Assembly (NCBI GenBank): GCA_964386545.1 | Contig: CAYLSI010000014.1 | Location: 8,298-72,297, forward strand | Origin: an uncultured Hyphomicrobium sp. | Lineage (GTDB): Bacteria > Pseudomonadota > Alphaproteobacteria > Rhizobiales > Hyphomicrobiaceae | Direction of reading: 5' to 3' | Length of the DNA: 64,000 bases | Shown here: piece by piece, positions 61,106 through 64,000 of the stretch | How positions within the stretch are numbered: position 1 is the first letter of the stretch | How the letters are laid out: each line of letters starts with the position of its first letter | Notes under the pieces: model-generated | What the model was told of the DNA's origin: nothing | What the model saw: the letters and a program-made list of their open reading frames with translations, nothing else | Database searches by the model: none | Made by a program: the position numbers and the translations under genes

Positions 61106-61840
61106 TTGTCAAAGACCCCTGCAGCCCCGGTTCGTTCCCGATTACCGGCAAAATCTCGCGCCGCCCCCGGCCGTCCGGCGCCCAGGGCGGGGCGCGCAGG
61201 CCTGCTCACGCGGGCCGAAATTGCCGAGGTTTTCCGGCGGTTTGCGGCCGCCAATCCGGAGCCCAAGGGCGAGCTCGAGCATACGAACCCGTTCACGCTG
61301 CTGGTGGCGGTGGTGCTCTCCGCGCAGGCCACCGACGCGGGCGTCAACAAGGCGACGCGGGCGCTGTTCCAGAAGGCCGACATGCCGGAAAAGATGCTCG
61401 CCCTCGGCGAGGACGCCGTGCGTGCGCATGTCAAAACCATCGGGCTCTACCGGGCCAAGGCCAAGAACGTCATCTTACTCAGCGAGAAGCTGATCCGCGA
61501 GTTCGGCAGCGTGGTGCCGCAGGACCGCGATGCGCTCGAAACGCTGCCTGGCGTCGGGCGCAAGACGGCCAATGTGGTCATGAACGTGGCGTTCGGCGCG
61601 GCCACGATGGCCGTCGATACGCACGTCCTCCGGGTGTCGAACCGGATCGGGCTGTCGAACGGCAAGACGCCGCTCGCGGTCGAAGCCGATCTGCTCGCCC
61701 GCATTCCGCCGGAGTACGGCGTGCCCGCCCACCACTGGCTCATCCTGCACGGACGCTACGTGTGCAAGGCGCGCAAGCCCGCGTGCCCGGCGTGCCTCAT
61801 CCGCGACATCTGCCGGTTCCCCGACAAGACGCCGGCGTGA
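61106..61840 (+). CDS. nth: endonuclease III
   Basis: NPFTLLVAVVLSAQATD, HhH-GPD (LPGVGRKTANVV) and C-terminal 4Fe-4S cluster CX6CX2CX5C. Start uncertain (TTG 61106 or GTG 61082); no in-frame ATG precedes the conserved core. Confidence 0.75.
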   Translation: MSKTPAAPVRSRLPAKSRAAPGRPAPRAGRAGLLTRAEIAEVFRRFAAANPEPKGELEHTNPFTLLVAVVLSAQATDAGVNKATRALFQKADMPEKMLALGEDAVRAHVKTIGLYRAKAKNVILLSEKLIREFGSVVPQDRDALETLPGVGRKTANVVMNVAFGAATMAVDTHVLRVSNRIGLSNGKTPLAVEADLLARIPPEYGVPAHHWLILHGRYVCKARKPACPACLIRDICRFPDKTPA

Positions 61841-62018
61841 GGGGCGGCGCAAAGGCGGGTGATCCAAGAGCGGACGCGCGCTAACCGGTTCTCAACCACG
61901 CTTCTCAACATCACCGAGGGAGAGCCCGGGCTTTGCGGCGCCGTTAATCAAAGCGGTTGCACGATGCAAGCTGTTGCACGGCGCTGAAATTCACGCGGCG
62001 CCCGGAGAAAGTTTCGCC

Positions 62019-63818
62019 ATGACCGAGATTTCCAAAGAGGACGCGACAGCCGCTCCTCTGGCTGCGCATTCGGACCAGGACGACGTGCAGCGCCTGCTGG
62101 ACGAGGCGCGCAAGCTCACCGAGCTCAACAGCTCGTTCGAGGTCGCGCTCAACAACATGGCGCGCGGGCTCTCGATGTTCGATGCCGAGCAGCGCCTGAC
62201 CGTCAGCAACTCCATCTACCGCCAGATCTACGATCTGCCGGACGACGTGTCGGCGCCCGGCACGCCCTTCTCCAAGATCATCGCCTACCACACGGCGAGC
62301 ACGGGCACGCCGGATACCGCCGAGGAGCTGATGAAGCAGCGGCTCTGGCTCGACCGGCACGTGCTGGAGCTGCGCCACGGCAAGACATTCACGCATACCC
62401 AGCACCTGCCGAACGGGCGCGTCATCCTCGTCACCTGCCAGCCGCTGGCCGACGGCGGCTGGGTCGACATCCACGAGGACATCACCGAGCGGACGATGGC
62501 GGAGGAACGCGTCGCCTGGCTCGCCCGGCATTGCCCGCTCACCGAGATCCCGAACCGGCTCAGCATCCGCGAGCGGCTGGAAGCGGAGATCAAGCGGCTG
62601 CGCCCGAACGAGCGCATCGCCCTTCACTTCGTCGATCTCGATCATTTCACGCGGGTCAACGAAACGCTCGGCCACGCGACGGGCGATGCCGTGCTCAAGG
62701 CGGTTGCCAAGCGCATGCTCTCCACCATCCGCGATTCCGATTTCGTCGGCCGCATCGGCGGCGACGAGTTCGCGATCATCCAGAAAGAGGTCGTCGACCC
62801 GCAGCAGGCCACGCGCCTCGGCGAGCGGTTGCTCAAGATCCTCAATGCGCCGTACCGCATCCTGGGCTCGGACGCCGGCGTCGGCGCGAGCATCGGCATC
62901 GCGCTCTGCCCCGATCACGGCGAGGACGCCGACACGCTGATGCAGCGAGCCGATACCGCGCTCTACCGCGTCAAGACGTGCGGGCGCGCCAGCCTGGCCA
63001 TCTATCAGCCGTCCGACGACAAGATCGCGCGCGACCGCATCGAGCTTCAGTCCGATCTGCGCAGCGCGCTGAAGCGCAGCCAGCTCCTGCTCCACTATCA
63101 GCCGGTCGTGGACATCAAGTCGGGCACGGTGACGGGTTGCGAGGCGCTGATGCGCTGGCGCCATCCGAAGCTCGGCATGCTGCCGCCCGCGACCTTCATC
63201 CCGATCGCCGAGAAGACCGGCATGATCGCGAGCATGGGCGAATGGGCAATCCGGCAGGCGTGCCAGGACGCCGCGCGCTGGCGGCTGGACGTCAACGTGG
63301 CCGTCAACGTGTCGCCGCTGCAGTTCGAGCAGGGCGACCTTGCGAACGCCGTCGAAGAGGCCCTCAAGAGAACCGGCCTCGATCCGGGGCGGCTGGAGCT
63401 CGAGATCACGGAAGCCGCGCTCGTGAAGCGCGAGGCGAAAACGCTCGAAACCCTGCAGCGGCTGCGCGCACTCGGCGTGCGGATCGTGCTCGACGATTTC
63501 GGCAACAGCTTCTCGTCGCTGAGCTTCCTCAGGAGCTTCTCGTTCGACAAGATCAAGATCGACCGCGCGTTCGTCGACGATGTCTCGGGCCGACCCGACC
63601 GGATGGCCGTCGTCGGCGCGGTGACCGGGCTTGCGCTGGCGCTCGGGATCGGCCCCGTGGCCGAAGGCATCGAGGCGATCGAGCAGATCGAGGGCGTGTC
63701 CGGCGCGGGATGCCAGGAGATGCAGGGCTTCTACTTCAGCCACCCGGTGCCCGCGTCCGACGTGGACGCGGCCATCGCGCACTGCCTCGACAAGCTGATC
63801 CGGCAGTCGGCCGCTTAG
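62019..63818 (+). CDS. PAS-GGDEF-EAL domain signalling protein
   Basis: GGDEFAII, EALMRW / DDFGNSFSSL EAL motifs. ATG at 62019 with GGAGAAA RBS. Confidence 0.85.
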   Translation: MTEISKEDATAAPLAAHSDQDDVQRLLDEARKLTELNSSFEVALNNMARGLSMFDAEQRLTVSNSIYRQIYDLPDDVSAPGTPFSKIIAYHTASTGTPDTAEELMKQRLWLDRHVLELRHGKTFTHTQHLPNGRVILVTCQPLADGGWVDIHEDITERTMAEERVAWLARHCPLTEIPNRLSIRERLEAEIKRLRPNERIALHFVDLDHFTRVNETLGHATGDAVLKAVAKRMLSTIRDSDFVGRIGGDEFAIIQKEVVDPQQATRLGERLLKILNAPYRILGSDAGVGASIGIALCPDHGEDADTLMQRADTALYRVKTCGRASLAIYQPSDDKIARDRIELQSDLRSALKRSQLLLHYQPVVDIKSGTVTGCEALMRWRHPKLGMLPPATFIPIAEKTGMIASMGEWAIRQACQDAARWRLDVNVAVNVSPLQFEQGDLANAVEEALKRTGLDPGRLELEITEAALVKREAKTLETLQRLRALGVRIVLDDFGNSFSSLSFLRSFSFDKIKIDRAFVDDVSGRPDRMAVVGAVTGLALALGIGPVAEGIEAIEQIEGVSGAGCQEMQGFYFSHPVPASDVDAAIAHCLDKLIRQSAA

Positions 63819-63861
63819 AGCCTTCCGACTGAGGTGGACCCAACGTCCGCTCGCGTCTAAC

Positions 63862-64000
63862 CCCTCACCCGCGCAGCGTCATGGCGAAGCCATGCTTCGC
63901 ATGGACCGCTGCGCGACCTCTCCCTCTGGGAGAGGTAAAAAGCGAGTTGTCTTCACCTCTCCCCGGTGGGGAGAGGTCGGGCCGCAGGCCCGGGTGAGGG
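63862..64000. repeat. REP/RIME-like composite palindromic element (10-bp terminal inverted repeats CCCTCACCCG...CGGGTGAGGG enclosing three hairpins), possibly truncated by the window end
   Basis: Inner hairpins GCGAAGC-cat-GCTTCGC (63884-63900), CCTCTCCC-tctg-GGAGAGG (63917-63935) and CCTCTCCCC-ggt-GGGGAGAGG (63956-63976). Confidence 0.6.

Noticed and set aside
1-64000. CRISPR arrays, integrases/transposases, prophage genes, rRNA
   Set aside because: No regularly spaced direct repeats of 28-37 bp, no recombinase other than the housekeeping xerD, and no phage structural or IS transposase ORFs were seen. The window appears to be core chromosome with small inserted modules.

Overview
This is a high-GC alphaproteobacterial (Rhizobiales-like) chromosomal segment. 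It is mostly conserved housekeeping genes: rfbC plus an epimerase, grxC/comF, mutT, a fabH-like gene, a class A PBP, cobT/cobS, bolA, aroK/aroB, xerD-accA, regB/regA with a SCO chaperone, mutM, argF/argD, gcrA, nth and two PAS-GGDEF-EAL proteins. Several features are not explained by that backbone. (1) A two-gene minus-strand operon at 10909-15538 encodes a 407-aa protein with no recognisable domain followed by an 1138-aa protein. The large protein fuses a GKTHLL-type P-loop module to a HerA/FtsK (DUF853/YjgR-like) ATPase module, and the operon is flanked by unusually long, AT-rich, repeat-laden intergenic DNA. This is my best candidate for an undescribed system. (2) A bona fide PRMT-type (protein arginine methyltransferase-like) gene sits beside a GMC oxidoreductase, immediately downstream of two abutting degenerate tRNA-like sequences. 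(3) A roughly 60-110 bp dispersed repeat with a conserved nested hairpin occurs four times. (4) Three tandem YafK/LdtF(DpaA)-family L,D-transpeptidase-fold paralogs. (5) A Lon-like protease translationally coupled to a tandem-USP-like protein. (6) Several palindromic or REP-like elements. Many long ORFs in the six-frame track are antisense artefacts typical of high-GC DNA and were not called.
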